In this document: positions 19,538-28,429 of the stretch, piece after piece
Layout of the letters: each line of letters begins with the position of its first letter
How positions within the stretch are numbered: position 1 is the first letter of the stretch
Source of the DNA: Pseudomonadota bacterium
GTDB taxonomy: Bacteria > Bdellovibrionota > FAC87 > UBA2466
Direction of reading: 5' to 3'
Assembly (NCBI GenBank): GCA_031425635.1
Contig: JANPJT010000221.1
Span: forward strand, 559-64,558
Length of the DNA stretch: 64,000 bases
Notes under the pieces: model-generated
Told to the model about the DNA's origin: nothing
The model's input: only the letters and a program-made list of their open reading frames with translations
Database searches by the model: none
Made by a program: the position numbers and the translations under genes

Positions 19538-20248
19538 TTATTCTAAGGCCCACTCCTCTTCGGGAGTGGGCCTTTCTTTTTTTAAACGGTTCATTTGTGG
19601 AAGGTTCGCTTGGAAAAGCGACCAGAAATAGACTCTCTCCACGCCACCCATACGGAGCGCGCCTTCACACGCCTCGAAAGTAGCGCCCGACGTATAGACG
19701 TCATCTACGAGTAAAACGGCTTTGACCCCTGAGGAATCTCGGCACTGATATACCTTTTTCAATCCCTTGTGCCGATCGCGCTTTCTCCGAAGGCTTTGCG
19801 GTGGAGTCGCCTTTGTCTTTTTCAGAAGGTCGCAGTCTAAAGGGAGTCCGGTCGCTTTCGCAATACGGGCCGCCAGCCACTCGCTTTGGTTAAAGCCCCG
19901 CGTTCGGAGCGTGCTGTGATGGATTGGCACGGGGACGACGCAAGCGCTTTCCGGGAGAAAGCGGAAAGCATCGGGGGTCAAAACGGGGATAAAAATACTC
20001 AGCCGCTGCCGTTTCCCATGGAACTTAATGCTGTGGAGAACCGTTCTCCAAGGCTCTCGGTAAAGGAGGGCCGCTTGCCGGTGGGATCCGGGGGCCAACG
20101 GGAGCGTAGGAAACCAAGCACACGGCTCACAGAGAAAATAAGTACTTCTCTGGTCGCAGCTCACGCAGCGGGTTTGGAAGGCCTCTGCCAGCAGGGAGTC
20201 ACTCGCTTTTGCTAAACGTTGGAGAAGTCTCTGCAGCGCAACGACCAC
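19538..20248 (-). CDS. comF: ComF-family phosphoribosyltransferase-domain protein (competence protein ComFC-like)
   Basis: C-terminal PRT motif 'VLLVDDVYTSGATFEA'. N-terminal cysteine pairs 'CVSCDQ...CEPCAW'. The ORF track extends it to 20530, antisense over the comM 3' end. I propose the GTG at 20248, giving about 236 aa, but the start is uncertain. Confidence 0.6.
   Translation of the reverse strand: MVVALQRLLQRLAKASDSLLAEAFQTRCVSCDQRSTYFLCEPCAWFPTLPLAPGSHRQAALLYREPWRTVLHSIKFHGKRQRLSIFIPVLTPDAFRFLPESACVVPVPIHHSTLRTRGFNQSEWLAARIAKATGLPLDCDLLKKTKATPPQSLRRKRDRHKGLKKVYQCRDSSGVKAVLLVDDVYTSGATFEACEGALRMGGVERVYFWSLFQANLPQMNRLKKERPTPEEEWALE
19547..19584. terminator. Rho-independent terminator (possibly bidirectional) between the convergent lon and comF genes
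   Basis: GGCCCACTCC-tcttcg-GGAGTGGGCC is a 10-bp GC-rich stem; it is followed by TTTCTTTTTTT. Confidence 0.8.
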
Positions 20249-21696
20249 GCTTCCCTCAAATGATCGGCCGAGATCTCCGTTTGGCGTTCCAGGTCGGCAA
20301 TGGTTCTCGCTACCCGCAGCGTTTTGTCGATCGAGCGGTAGCTTGGGTGTTCTCTTTTTTGGAGCGATCGGAGCCAGGACTGAGCGTCGGGGGGAAGCGA
20401 CGCGCGTAAGTCGGGTGCGGGAGCGCGCTGCGCTTGGATAGCGCGGACTCGTGCCACGGACTCGCGCACTTTCGCATGGGTAACGCCAAAGTTTTCTTCT
20501 TCGTCTGAAGCGGGGCTTAGCACCACACAAAGATCCATTCGATCAAAAAGAGGACCGGAGACCCGCTTGCGGTAAGCAAAGGCTTTTTGAGGAGGGCAAA
20601 CGCAACGGCGGTGCGTTTGGAATGCGTAACCGCAGGGGCACGGGTTCATCGCAGCAATGAGCACAAACCGCGCCGGTAAGCGAAGCGAAGCGCCTACCCG
20701 GTGCAAGTGGATTTCTCCGCTCTGGAGTGGCTCACGCAGGCCTTCCAAAGCGTCTTTCCGGAATTCCGGGAGCTCATCCAAAAAAAGAATCCCTGCATGG
20801 GCGAGGCTTACTTCTCCGCTTAAAACAGCGCCGCTCCCTCCACCGAGGAGCGCTGCGGGTGAAATGGAATGGTGGGGTGTTCGAAAGGGGCGAATCCCCA
20901 AGAGCGAGTCAGAAAAATCCACATAGCCTTGGTTTCTCACCAGTTCGATGAGTTCTTGCCGGCTCAGTGGAGGCAAAAGCGAAGGGGCTGCAGAAGCAAG
21001 CAAGCTTTTGCCGACTCCGGGCGGGCCAACCAACAGAAGGTGGTGACCCCCAGCGAGGGCGACTTCGAGCGCCCGCTTGGCAATAGGCTGGCCACGGACG
21101 GTATCCAAGGGACCGGCTCCATTGTGCGCGGTCGAAAAAGCAGCGGGAAGCGAGAACGCCGACTGAAAGGGCGGCAGGGGCGCTTGGGCTCCGAGGAGTC
21201 TAATCAGCTCCGGAAGGCTTGCTACCGGAGTGATATTTTCCTTTCCAAGAAGCGCGACTTCGGCCGCATTGGATTCCGGAATAAACAAGTGGTCGACTTG
21301 TTCGCTTTTTAAAATCGCTTCTGCAAGGACCAGAGCATTCTGGACTCCGCGTATTCGGCCATCGAGTGAAAGCTCCCCGAGAAAACCCTTTCGATGGAGT
21401 GAGCTAGAAAGAGAGATGGCTTTCTCGGCGTCCAGGAGCGCAAGGGCAATGCCTAAGTCAAGCTGGCTGCCTTGCTTCTTCGCGGCTGCAGGGGATAAGT
21501 GCACGGTGGACTTGGCTGAAGGAATTTGAAACCCAAGGCCTGCAATGCAGGCCCGTATCCGTTCGCGGCTTTCCTTGATAATGTCTCCCGGAAGCCCCGT
21601 GATGACGACCGCTGGGAGTCCGCTTTGAACACTGGCTTCAATTTCGACGAGGACTCCGCTGGGGCCCGTCGCTGTACTGCTATAAGTGCGCACCAT
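20212..21696 (-). CDS. comM: YifB/ComM-family Mg-chelatase-like AAA+ ATPase
   Basis: 494 aa. N-terminal Lon-like domain. Walker A 'LLLVGPPGVGKSLLA', 'ILFLDELPEF', and a C-terminal Mg-chelatase ChlI-like region. Confidence 0.85.
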   Translation of the reverse strand: MVRTYSSTATGPSGVLVEIEASVQSGLPAVVITGLPGDIIKESRERIRACIAGLGFQIPSAKSTVHLSPAAAKKQGSQLDLGIALALLDAEKAISLSSSLHRKGFLGELSLDGRIRGVQNALVLAEAILKSEQVDHLFIPESNAAEVALLGKENITPVASLPELIRLLGAQAPLPPFQSAFSLPAAFSTAHNGAGPLDTVRGQPIAKRALEVALAGGHHLLLVGPPGVGKSLLASAAPSLLPPLSRQELIELVRNQGYVDFSDSLLGIRPFRTPHHSISPAALLGGGSGAVLSGEVSLAHAGILFLDELPEFRKDALEGLREPLQSGEIHLHRVGASLRLPARFVLIAAMNPCPCGYAFQTHRRCVCPPQKAFAYRKRVSGPLFDRMDLCVVLSPASDEEENFGVTHAKVRESVARVRAIQAQRAPAPDLRASLPPDAQSWLRSLQKREHPSYRSIDKTLRVARTIADLERQTEISADHLREAWSLRCRDFSNV

Positions 21697-21772
21697 AGGT
21701 TGCCGGACAGTGCATAGTCCGCGCCAGTTTTTTTGCGGCTGACAGCAGAAGGGGAAGTCGTGAAGGGAGTCT

Positions 21773-22543
21773 CTAGAGGAAGATTTTCGTTCTCTTTTTT
21801 AACTCTGCATTGATTGCCCTTTGTAGCTGGAGCCGAAGCTTTCTACTCAACGCGGTGACGTACGCTTCGTCCTTGGCGAGTTCTGGGTTCTTCTCAAGTA
21901 CGATGGGCGGCAAGAAGACGATTTTCCACTTGGCGGGCAGCGGGATGACGTTGAGGGGGATCGGAATGATGATTCCAATCAAATCTTTGGCCCATCGAAT
22001 CTGCGAAAGCGTTAAGTGCGTTTCTTCAGCGCCAATGACTATCGACGGAATGATGGGAGCGCCGGTTTCGAGCGCAAGGCGAACAAAGCCCCGGCGAAAC
22101 CTTCTCAAGTGGTATCTTTTTGAAGTCGGTTTGAAGTTGCCTTCCTCTCCTTCGGGAAAAAGAAGCAAAGCCTCTTTCCGCTTTAAAATTTCCAACCCGT
22201 TGTTAAAGGTCGCAGGCACTAGCCCGAAACGGTGGGCTGCGACGGAAATTTCGGGCGAAAAAAACCAAAGTTTGTGCGCAATAATGTGGGGGATGCGTTT
22301 CTTTTTCTGGTTCACGTGGTGGGCAAGCATTAAAGCGTCAAAACCCATGTAGCCGCTGTGGTTCGCAATGAGGATATAAGGCCCTTTGGAGGGGATATTG
22401 GAGCTACCTTGAACGGTCACTCTCAAGTAGCGGGTGATGATTTCGAGCAGGAAGCGGGGAAGGATTTTGTATGCGAGCTCATCCGGAGTATGTCCCGTCC
22501 GACGGACCGCAGTCGCAGCTAACTTTCCCAAAAACCCACGCAT
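21773..22543 (-). CDS. Lysophospholipid (1-acyl-sn-glycerol-3-phosphate) acyltransferase family protein
   Basis: HxxxxD acyltransferase motif 'NHSGYMGFD' and 'FPEGEEGN' (the FPEGTR-like block). 256 aa. Confidence 0.7.
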   Translation of the reverse strand: MRGFLGKLAATAVRRTGHTPDELAYKILPRFLLEIITRYLRVTVQGSSNIPSKGPYILIANHSGYMGFDALMLAHHVNQKKKRIPHIIAHKLWFFSPEISVAAHRFGLVPATFNNGLEILKRKEALLLFPEGEEGNFKPTSKRYHLRRFRRGFVRLALETGAPIIPSIVIGAEETHLTLSQIRWAKDLIGIIIPIPLNVIPLPAKWKIVFLPPIVLEKNPELAKDEAYVTALSRKLRLQLQRAINAELKKRTKIFL

Positions 22544-22637
22544 GCTTGTGGTTATTAGGAGAAATGGAGGGAATGTCGAGCGCTAAAACGGGTTTCAAAG
22601 TTAGGGTGAGACTAACTAAAGTGTGGGAAAGAAGAAT

Positions 22638-23591
22638 CTAGTCTTCGAGGTACCAATCGAATCGGATCACGGTCCGCGTCTTTCCGCTTATCACCAAGGC
22701 GTTTATTTGGGCGGAAGAATCGCTGAGATGGTAGTCGCCTTTCTTGATAGTGAGGCGTGCAGATTTCAGATCCAACGTAAGGCTTCCGCCATTGCTCGCG
22801 TGCTGGATGTACCAGTTTCCGAGTTCCACCGCGTCTTCCAGTGAAAGTTTTCCTTTTGCAAAAGCTCTATCAATGGATTTTTTTCGTTCAGCAAGCAGGG
22901 TGGCCCACTGCCGGCCCAGATGGCTCAGCCAGAATGTGCCTGACGAAGGACAGAATCTTGTCCACCCCCCTAGCCCCAATGGCAGCTGAAGGATGTTGTC
23001 TCCCGTTTGCCGTTGAAGAAAGACCTCGTACGCCTTTTTTCCTCCGAACCCTTCAACGTAAATATCTTTGGTGATCGTTCGATTAAACCGCTTGAGAGCG
23101 TCAAATACGGGATCTGCCGTAGGAGACCCCTCCGCGTCGGGCAAGTCTTCACACGGATCTTCGTGGTGAATCCCCTTTATCTTGTTCAAGAAATTGCGAA
23201 AGACAACTTCATTACGAATTTCTTTAAGTGCTGGGTTCTCAAGCAAAGCTTTTACGAAAAGTTTTCGAAAAGTACTTTTGTTTCCGTGGATAGATTTTTT
23301 GTATACTTCGGATAGTCCAAAGTCGTCGAGCTTGTGGAAAACGAAAAACCACTTTTCTTCAGTGACCAGTTTGACAAGCTCTTTAAAAAAGGCGGTTTGT
23401 TCTGGCGAAGCGGATGTGGAAGCTGTTTTCTTCACGTGTTCCTGGTCTTTCTTGGGGGTTGACGCGTTCACACTGCTTTGAACCGTGGGAAAAAAGAAGA
23501 TAAGGAGTGTTAAAAACCTGGCGATGGGGAGGAGTTTAGCCCCTGATAGTCTATCTCCAGTTAGACGAACCTTGGTCCCATTGGGTGACAT
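22638..23591 (-). CDS. Hypothetical secreted protein
   Basis: Start set at the internal ATG giving a signal-peptide-like N-terminus ('MSPNGTKVRLTGDRLSGAKLLPIARFLTLLIFFFPTVQSSVNA'). No recognisable motifs. Confidence 0.4.
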   Translation of the reverse strand: MSPNGTKVRLTGDRLSGAKLLPIARFLTLLIFFFPTVQSSVNASTPKKDQEHVKKTASTSASPEQTAFFKELVKLVTEEKWFFVFHKLDDFGLSEVYKKSIHGNKSTFRKLFVKALLENPALKEIRNEVVFRNFLNKIKGIHHEDPCEDLPDAEGSPTADPVFDALKRFNRTITKDIYVEGFGGKKAYEVFLQRQTGDNILQLPLGLGGWTRFCPSSGTFWLSHLGRQWATLLAERKKSIDRAFAKGKLSLEDAVELGNWYIQHASNGGSLTLDLKSARLTIKKGDYHLSDSSAQINALVISGKTRTVIRFDWYLED

Positions 23592-23688
23592 TGGAAAAAT
23601 AGTCGTCGCCAAACGCCCCTGAGGCAACAACATTTGAGACAACGGTTACGCGGCTCCTTTCGAAAAGCCCCTACCTAACCGTCCGTCA

Positions 23689-23803
23689 TTGCGAGTCGCG
23701 TAGCGGCGAAGCAAGCTACGGCTCGTGGTGATCAGCGAACAGAGTTTGCTCTACACACTAGACAGAAGGTTGCTTCACCCTTCGGGTTCGCAATGACGGG
23801 AGG
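23689..23803. repeat. MITE/REP-like palindromic element, copy B
   Basis: Starts 'CCGTCCGTCATTGCGAGTCGCGTAGCGGCGAAGCAAGC' and ends 'TTGCTTCACCCTTCGGGTTCGCAATGACGGGAGG'. Same terminal inverted repeats as copy A, read as its reverse complement. Confidence 0.75.
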
Positions 23804-23876
23804 AATCCTCATCTTGAGTGTTCGCGAGTGACCGACGGGGTGCGATTTCTACTTACTTGTATGGGCCCGCACGTGC

Positions 23877-24002
23877 CCGTCCGTCATTGCGAGTCGCGTA
23901 GCGGCGAAGCAACCTGCGATTCGTGGCGATCAACTTACAAAATTTGCTCTACACTCTAGGCAGAAGGTGCTTCACCCTTCGGTTTCGCAATGACGGGAGG
24001 GG
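23877..24002. repeat. MITE/REP-like palindromic element, copy C (in tandem with B, 73-bp spacer)
   Basis: Near-identical termini to copy B, with a variable middle. Ends 7 nt before the stop of the 24009..25097 gene. Confidence 0.75.
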
Positions 24003-24008
24003 TTCGGT

Positions 24009-25097
24009 TTAGGCGGCAGTCACGCGGATCACGCCATTGCGCCGAAGCCCAATCAAGCATTCATACAAAACCACATCGTGCAGCGGGTTGTAGTCGATCA
24101 CTTCCGCCACTTTCCCTAACTCGACAACGGAGGCAAGCGTGGAAAATTCGTCTTTGCCCAATTTAGTTTGGGTGGTGAGCGACGCAGGATCGAGCTGTAG
24201 CCGCACCGAAAGCGGGGGGATTTGGGCGCGGATCGTTTCAAACCGAGCGCAGAGCGTTTCGCCTTCGCGGCACATTTGGCTGGTGGAAAACTCGAAAGCG
24301 TCTCGCACTCGGATCGCTGCTGCTTCTTGATGGCTGAAAGTGAATTCGGGCGATTCCCAGAGAAAAATCCGAAATAGCGCTTTGAGAGCCCGTGCTTCGC
24401 CTGCCGTTGCGGAAGTAGGTCGCCCCTGGAGAAATTCCACCTTACCAATGAGAGCGCCGCTTTTGACTTGGAGCGTGCCCGTACGGCCCAAGTCTTCGAT
24501 CGTGAGCAACGCATCGGCAAAACTCTGCGACTTGTAGAAAGGCAGCTTGGTTTCCCCGGCCAAACCGGCTGCGCCGCCCAGAAACTCATTCGAAGTGAGC
24601 GCCTTTTCAACTTTCAACAAACCCTTTCGAATTTCCTCGATGCTGTGCTCTGCAGTGTCGCCGGAAAGTCCTAAAAGGGAAGACTTCAGAGAAAAAAGAA
24701 GGGCTTCGGAGTGCGCTGCGCTCTCACTTTGCGCAATGGCTTTTCTAATCTGCTCCAAAGTGTGTGGAGAAAGCGGATCGGGCTTTTCGAGCAGTCCATG
24801 GATCCTTTGCTCGCTCGCAAAAAGAGCTTCTTCTTTCGTTAAAGACTGAGCGATCAATAGGAGCACAAACTTTCGGCCAGACGCCCTGAGCGCTGCAACC
24901 ATCGGTTTTAAATGGCTCGAGTGCTCTAGAACGATGACTTCCGCCCGGTTCTTACTTTTTGCAAGGAGCGCTTCGACGCCCGGCTCCTCGTGGACATCAA
25001 AAGGGCCAGCCTTTGCCACGGAGTCTAAGAACTGCCTCATCCAAGGTGAGGCAGTGCCAATGAAGGTAAAACGCCCGGAAGAGAGTTGGTTTTCCAC
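24009..25097 (-). CDS. Receiver-like N-terminal domain protein with C-terminal DUF4388-like domain
   Basis: C-terminal 'GTLQVKSGALIGKVEFLQGRPTSATAGEARALKALFRIFLWESPEFTF' fits the DUF4388 pattern (tGtLtv...G.i.f.~G.i..A...G.eAl..ll.w..g.F.f). 362 aa. Confidence 0.5.
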   Translation of the reverse strand: MENQLSSGRFTFIGTASPWMRQFLDSVAKAGPFDVHEEPGVEALLAKSKNRAEVIVLEHSSHLKPMVAALRASGRKFVLLLIAQSLTKEEALFASEQRIHGLLEKPDPLSPHTLEQIRKAIAQSESAAHSEALLFSLKSSLLGLSGDTAEHSIEEIRKGLLKVEKALTSNEFLGGAAGLAGETKLPFYKSQSFADALLTIEDLGRTGTLQVKSGALIGKVEFLQGRPTSATAGEARALKALFRIFLWESPEFTFSHQEAAAIRVRDAFEFSTSQMCREGETLCARFETIRAQIPPLSVRLQLDPASLTTQTKLGKDEFSTLASVVELGKVAEVIDYNPLHDVVLYECLIGLRRNGVIRVTAA

Positions 25098-25262
25098 TAG
25101 GGTGTGCCCTCACTACTTTGGCGAGAGGGGGGTAATGAGACGATTTTCGTTAATAGTCGCACCGAGCTGCGGCGGATCTTCCTACGAAAAGCGGCCATAG
25201 GGCATGCCTCGCCAAAGTGAGGACGCGCCCTAAGCTATTTTATCACGCCGTTCAGGATTTCC

Positions 25263-25447
25263 TAGGGCGTGTACTCGGACAGCGCGTTCTGAACGAGGGT
25301 CCGTAAGACTTTTCAGACCGAGGACGCACAAGGGAGCGGCTCCGGAGCCGGGCCAATGGGCCCGTCGAGGAAGTCCGACCGCGGAGGACGAAGGGCTGGA
25401 AAGCCTTACGGAGTCGCAGTTAACGCGCTGTCTGAGTACGTGCCCTG
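25263..25447 (+). ncRNA. Candidate structured RNA: 26-bp closing stem with G·U pairs around a ~133-nt GC-rich interior
   Basis: 25263-25288 pairs with 25422-25447. The stem contains 3-4 G·U/U·G pairs that would be A/C mismatches on the other strand, so + orientation is favoured. Nested interior helices (CCGTAAG/CTTACGG, GGGCC/GGCCC). Class unknown. Confidence 0.35.
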
Positions 25448-26475
25448 AGGCGCTCTTCGGCCAGCGCTTCGGCCACAATAAAAGGAGGTTTCCTCGACTC
25501 CACTGCGCGTTTTAGAACTTCACGCGTTGTGTCATAGATAGCTTCCGCTAGGCGGTGCGCTTTCTTGGGGTCATAGCCACCACGCTCGCAAAACACATTG
25601 ATGATGCCGCCTGAATTGATGGCGAAGTCGGGTGCGTACAGGATCCCTCGCTCGACGAGCCTAAACCCATCCTGCTCTGTTTCGAGCTGGTTGTTTGCAC
25701 ACCCTGCAATGCCTTTGCACTTTAAGCGCGGGATGGTTTTTAAGTTCAATGTGGCGCCTAACGCGCAAGGGGAGTAAATATCGCATTCAACATCGTAAAT
25801 TTCGTCCAGGCCCACGGCAGTCGCGTGGAGTTCTTTGACCGCTCGGGCAACTGCTTTGGGATCAATGTCGGTGACCCAAAGCTTGGCCCCCGCACCGTGC
25901 AGCCTTTGGGCTAAATCGTAACCAACGTGCCCCAGCCCTTGGATGGAGACCCGAAGCCCTTTCAAGTTGCGCGATCCAAACGCCACTTCAGAAGCAGCCT
26001 GCATCGCCTGGAAAACACCAATCGCAGTCAAAGGCGAAGGGTCGCCACTCGAGCCAGGCTGGCCATCGGCCCCCAGAACATGCGCCGTCTTCTTACGCAC
26101 TTCGGCAAGATCGGCCGTATTGATGTTCATGTCTTTGGCGCAAATGTACTGGCCTTTGAAAGACTCTACGAATTCTCCAAAAGCGTGGAGTAGCGCCGGG
26201 GTTTTCTTCGCGGGGTCACCCAAAATAACGCTCTTGCCTCCCCCAAAGCCAATGCCTGCAAGCGCTGACTTGTAGCTCATGCCTTTCGAGAGTCGGAGCA
26301 CGTCATACAGCGCTTCTTCTTTGGTTGCGTAGGGGAGCATGCGGATACCGCCACACGCGGGGCCCAGCCGAGTGCTGTGGACAGCGATGATCGATCGCAT
26401 GCCGCTCGGTTTATGCTCAGCGTAAACGACGTTCTCGTAGCCGTCGGTTTGAATGACTTCGCGGTTCCAATCCAT
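25420..26475 (-). CDS. Leucine/Phe/Val dehydrogenase (Glu/Leu/Phe/Val dehydrogenase family)
   Basis: 351 aa. 'SKGMSYKSALAGIGFGGGKSVI' is the catalytic-Lys/Gly-rich region of amino-acid dehydrogenases. Rossmann motif 'GLGHVGYDLAQRL'. Confidence 0.8.
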   Translation of the reverse strand: MDWNREVIQTDGYENVVYAEHKPSGMRSIIAVHSTRLGPACGGIRMLPYATKEEALYDVLRLSKGMSYKSALAGIGFGGGKSVILGDPAKKTPALLHAFGEFVESFKGQYICAKDMNINTADLAEVRKKTAHVLGADGQPGSSGDPSPLTAIGVFQAMQAASEVAFGSRNLKGLRVSIQGLGHVGYDLAQRLHGAGAKLWVTDIDPKAVARAVKELHATAVGLDEIYDVECDIYSPCALGATLNLKTIPRLKCKGIAGCANNQLETEQDGFRLVERGILYAPDFAINSGGIINVFCERGGYDPKKAHRLAEAIYDTTREVLKRAVESRKPPFIVAEALAEERLRARTQTAR

Positions 26476-26630
26476 GGTGACGCCTCCGGATAAAGATCGA
26501 ACCTAACCACCCTTGGGAACTTTTGCATCTCTTTCCTGCAGAGCCTGATGCTGTTTTGCGTCAGGAATAGTCTTTGACGACGGTGCTTTGGGCCCTTAAC
26601 ACAGGAAGAACACATCAAGAAAAGGCATCT

Positions 26631-27272
26631 ATGAGCAATAAGCGCTTCATCGCTATCGCGGGCAATATCGGGTCAGGTAAAACCACTTTGACCCAACTAT
26701 TGGCCGATCACTACGGCTGGCAGCCCCACTTCGAAGTGGTTCTGGACAACCCTTACCTTTCTGACTTTTACGCGGATATGAACCGCTGGTCGATGCAGCT
26801 GCAGGTATTCTTTTTGTCGAAACGCTTTCAAGCCCACCAGGCGATCACCCAGTCTCGTTCGTCGGGCATCCAGGATCGCTCTATCTACGAAGACGCGCAC
26901 ATTTTTGCACGCGCTCTGCGGGAGTCGGGAAAGATGGACGAGCGCGATTACCAAAACTATTTCGAGCTTTACCAGGTCATGACCCAGTTCCTAACGCCTC
27001 CCGACCTAGTTGTGTATGTCCGACGCAGCGTTCAGTGCTTGAAGTCAAGGATCCGTGAGCGCGGGAGAGAATACGAGAAAGACATCCCGACCGCTTACTT
27101 AGAGCATTTAAACACTTGCTACGACGGCTGGATGGAAACCTATACGCTTGGGAAGCGCTTGATTGTAGAAGCCGATGGGCTTGACCTGAAAAATAACCCA
27201 GAGCATTTCAAGCACGTGATCCAAGGCATTGAGAACTCGCTCGAGCAGCCCGAGCTTGCTTTTCGCTGCTAA
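26631..27272 (+). CDS. Deoxynucleoside kinase (dCK/dGK family)
   Basis: P-loop 'IAIAGNIGSGKTTL'. 'RSIYED' (the ERS/DRY-like motif), then the arginine-rich lid region. Start at the internal ATG (MSNKRF). Confidence 0.75.
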   Translation: MSNKRFIAIAGNIGSGKTTLTQLLADHYGWQPHFEVVLDNPYLSDFYADMNRWSMQLQVFFLSKRFQAHQAITQSRSSGIQDRSIYEDAHIFARALRESGKMDERDYQNYFELYQVMTQFLTPPDLVVYVRRSVQCLKSRIRERGREYEKDIPTAYLEHLNTCYDGWMETYTLGKRLIVEADGLDLKNNPEHFKHVIQGIENSLEQPELAFRC

Positions 27273-27281
27273 GCAAAGCCC

Positions 27282-28406
27282 CTAGAAAGCTTCTTCATGC
27301 CCAGGAGGAAGTTCCTTGCGCAAGATCACTTCGGCAAGCTGTCCGTGGGCAGGCAGGCCAATCTGGCTGTCCACTTCGTTGAGATCCACCGGGTGGCTTT
27401 GCGCAGCGTAAGTGGCTTTGGCCGATTCAATCCGTTTGAGGGCTTTTTCAAACGTTTCCATCGGGATCTCTCCCGACTCGATCGCTTTTTCAATGGCTTC
27501 CATTTGGGAAAGCGGCAGCCCGTTGTCCCCTCGGTAGATCAATAAGTCGCAACCCGCTTTAATCGATTTTACTGCAGCGTCGTCTGCGCCGTAGTGATCG
27601 CTGATGGCTTTCATTTCCAAGTCATCGCTGATGACAAGCCGCGAGAAGCGAAGCTCGGTGCGCAAAAGACCGTTGATGGTTGCTTCGGAAAGCGTCGCTG
27701 GAAACTCAGGGTCTAACTTTGGGTTCAAAATATGGGCTGTCATGATCGCTTCGACTCGGCTGCGGATCACGCGGCGGAAGGGAATGAGCTCCAACTTTTC
27801 AAGTTCTTCAATACTTTTATCGACTCGGGCAAGCGCGTAGTGCGAATCCTCTTTCGTGTCGCCGTGCCCCGGAAAATGCTTTGCCACTGCCATGACGCCG
27901 CCTTTTTGGATGCCGCGGCTGACCGCTGATCCCATTTTGCCACAGAGCTCAGGGTCGCTCGAGAAAGCTCGGTCCTTGATCACTGGGCTTTCGGGGTTCG
28001 AGTTCACGTCCACGACAGGCGCATAGTTGATATTGATGCCTACCGACTTGAGCTCCTTAGCTAAAACCTGGCCGAAGTCGAACGCGATCTTGGCCGAGCC
28101 TAAGTCGCCGAGGTGGTCGTTTCCTGCAAACTTAGTAAAAGGTTTTGAAAGCCGATTCACTTTTCCGCCTTCATGGTCGATAGAAACAAAAAGACTGGGG
28201 CAATCTTTTGGCCGGCAAGAGAACTGCAGTTCGTTGCTCAGTTCCGCAATTTGCTTGGGAGACTGCACGTTGCGCTTGAAGTAGATCACACCACCTAAAT
28301 GGTACTCCGCGATGAACTTGCGAAACTCCGGCGGTACGGAATAGCCTTCAAAGCCTAGAATAAAAAGCTGCCCGATTTTCTTCTTCAAGCTGTCTCTGTT
28401 TTTCAT
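27282..28406 (-). CDS. nagZ: Beta-N-acetylhexosaminidase NagZ (GH3)
   Basis: 'IGQLFILGF', 'SIDHEGGKVNRL', and 'KHFPGHGDTKEDSH' with the catalytic His. 374 aa. Confidence 0.85.
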   Translation of the reverse strand: MKNRDSLKKKIGQLFILGFEGYSVPPEFRKFIAEYHLGGVIYFKRNVQSPKQIAELSNELQFSCRPKDCPSLFVSIDHEGGKVNRLSKPFTKFAGNDHLGDLGSAKIAFDFGQVLAKELKSVGININYAPVVDVNSNPESPVIKDRAFSSDPELCGKMGSAVSRGIQKGGVMAVAKHFPGHGDTKEDSHYALARVDKSIEELEKLELIPFRRVIRSRVEAIMTAHILNPKLDPEFPATLSEATINGLLRTELRFSRLVISDDLEMKAISDHYGADDAAVKSIKAGCDLLIYRGDNGLPLSQMEAIEKAIESGEIPMETFEKALKRIESAKATYAAQSHPVDLNEVDSQIGLPAHGQLAEVILRKELPPGHEEAF

Positions 28407-28429
28407 CCTTCTATTGTATACTATCTTCT

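Noticed and set aside
22623-22844. Small + strand ORFs antisense to annotated genes (22623-22844; also 3291-3623 and 24116-24610)
   Set aside because: They lie entirely within, or opposite to, stronger motif-bearing ORFs, and have no motifs or RBS support. Treated as spurious.
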